Below, piece after piece: positions 63,008-64,000 of a stretch of DNA of 64,000 nt. Numbering within the stretch: the stretch's first letter is position 1; each line of letters starts with the position of its first letter. Under the pieces are notes generated by a model. It was given only the letters and a program-made list of their open reading frames with translations, made no database searches and had not been told where the DNA came from. Both the position numbers and the translations under genes were made by a program. Location: positions 29,704 to 93,703 of the forward strand of contig CAZYQX010000003.1 in NCBI GenBank assembly GCA_964649985.1, given 5' to 3'. The DNA comes from an uncultured Pseudomonadales bacterium. Its GTDB lineage: Bacteria > Pseudomonadota > Gammaproteobacteria > Pseudomonadales > CAZYQX01.

Positions 63008-64000
63008 GCTGGGTCGAGGGGCAGCCAAACACTGAAACGGCTCCCCTCGCCAGGCTTGCTTTCACACCACACTTCTCCGCCGTGAAGCGCGGTTAGTTCA
63101 TGTACGATGGTGAGTCCGAGTCCTGTGCCTTCCACTTTGCGCGATACGCGACTGTCTATGCGGCTAAAGCGCCTAAAAAGGCGCTGTTGATGCTGTTCAC
63201 TGATGCCTATCCCGGTGTCTTGCACTTCCAGGCAGATACCGGGGCGATGTTTGTGTAAAAAAGGGTGTGCCGAGAGGCAGACTCCGCCATGCTCAGTAAA
63301 TTTGATGGCATTGGACACGAGGTTCAGCAAGATTTGCACGAGTCGATTGGGATCCGCCTGGAGGCGTGGCAGCTGTTCAGGGATTTTCGCCTCGAGCCTG
63401 AGGCCTTTTTGCTGGGCTAATTCAACGGATTGTTTGATGACATTGCCCACCAAGCGCGCGAGATCGACATTTTCGCGATGCAGACTGAAATGCCCTGATT
63501 CAATGCGTGCGATGTCGAGCAAGTCGTTTATGATGCCGAGCAGGTGCTTGCCGTTGCGCTCAATGGCCTTGAGTGCTTCTATTTCTCGTTGATCGTGCTC
63601 ACGTTTACGGCTGTCTAGCAAGCGGGTGCTGAAGCCGATCACGGCGTTTAATGGCGTGCGTAGTTCGTGCGACATACTGGCTAAAAATTCACTTTTAGCC
63701 TGGTTTGCGCTTTCGGCGCGCCACTTTTCCTGTTCGAGTTCTTTGGTGCGTGCTTCCACTTGCTGTTGTATTACCGCTGTGCGCACATTAAGCACAATAA
63801 GAAAGACGCTGAATAGGCTGGTGAATAGCATGCCGCAGACCAAGGCCAGCCACGCATTCCAACCCTGGTGGTGCGCCATGAACTCAGGTGTCGCATAGTA
63901 GCTGAGTCGCCAGCTGCGGTTGGCGACGTTCAAGCTTTGCTCGGATCGCCCAAAATGTTGGCTTGGCGGCGCGCCATACAGGTGGTCGGGGCCGCGTTGA
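62968..64000 (-). CDS. Sensor histidine kinase, N-terminus beyond the window edge
   Basis: The frame stays open upstream of the TTG at 63933 all the way to nt 64000. TM segment, coiled coil, H-box [21 protein letters not shown]-box [12 protein letters not shown] and G-box [12 protein letters not shown]. Its 3' end overlaps ampG by 40 nt (convergent). Confidence 0.85.
   Translation of the reverse strand, partial: QRGPDHLYGAPPSQHFGRSEQSLNVANRSWRLSYYATPEFMAHHQGWNAWLALVCGMLFTSLFSVFLIVLNVRTAVIQQQVEARTKELEQEKWRAESANQAKSEFLASMSHELRTPLNAVIGFSTRLLDSRKREHDQREIEALKAIERNGKHLLGIINDLLDIARIESGHFSLHRENVDLARLVGNVIKQSVELAQQKGLRLEAKIPEQLPRLQADPNRLVQILLNLVSNAIKFTEHGGVCLSAHPFLHKHRPGICLEVQDTGIGISEQHQQRLFRRFSRIDSRVSRKVEGTGLGLTIVHELTALHGGEVWCESKPGEGSRFSVWLPLDPAQPTVAESSERHA

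Overview
This is a 64-kb window of high-GC chromosome, about 60-65% GC in hand-sampled housekeeping genes. It looks gammaproteobacterial. The gene order xseA / guaB-guaA, prfB-lysS, mtaD-ubiG-(vanZ-like)-HAD-yciK and MBL-tamA-tamB resembles Pseudomonas-like or marine oligotrophic Gammaproteobacteria, but that placement is inference only. All calls come from reading the ORF track and the sequence by eye. No database search, HMM or structure prediction was run.

Most of the window is core metabolism and signalling:
- Purine biosynthesis and translation factors.
- Three methyl-accepting chemotaxis proteins plus an orphan cheX.
- c-di-GMP enzymes (a GGDEF protein and a REC-REC-HD-GYP protein).
- A histidine kinase / REC / REC-cyclase operon facing a Crp-like regulator.
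- A recurring lipid/steroid-oxidation theme: a 3beta-HSD-family / fatty-acid-hydroxylase / ALDH / GMC operon, a thiolase plus DUF35 pair, a tandem acyl-CoA dehydrogenase pair, an HSD17B10-like SDR, and a 3alpha-HSD-like / ketosteroid-isomerase-like / KstD-like module.

The one clearly accessory element is a ~4.1-kb low-GC islet (~42-48% GC in sampled lines). It sits immediately after the intact guaA terminator. It carries a single 1275-aa ORF (6227..10054) with an N-terminal SIR2 (SIR2_2 / DSR / ThsA-type) NADase-like domain. The following ~900 aa have no motif I can recognise: no P-loop, and no partner gene such as TIR, HerA or pAgo nearby. This is my best candidate for a stand-alone anti-phage (abortive-infection, NAD+-depleting) system. 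It may be DSR1-like, or it may carry a new sensor module. I cannot tell which without searches.

I found no tRNA, rRNA, CRISPR array, transposase or integrase. The many long ORFs antisense to real genes are treated as high-GC artefacts.
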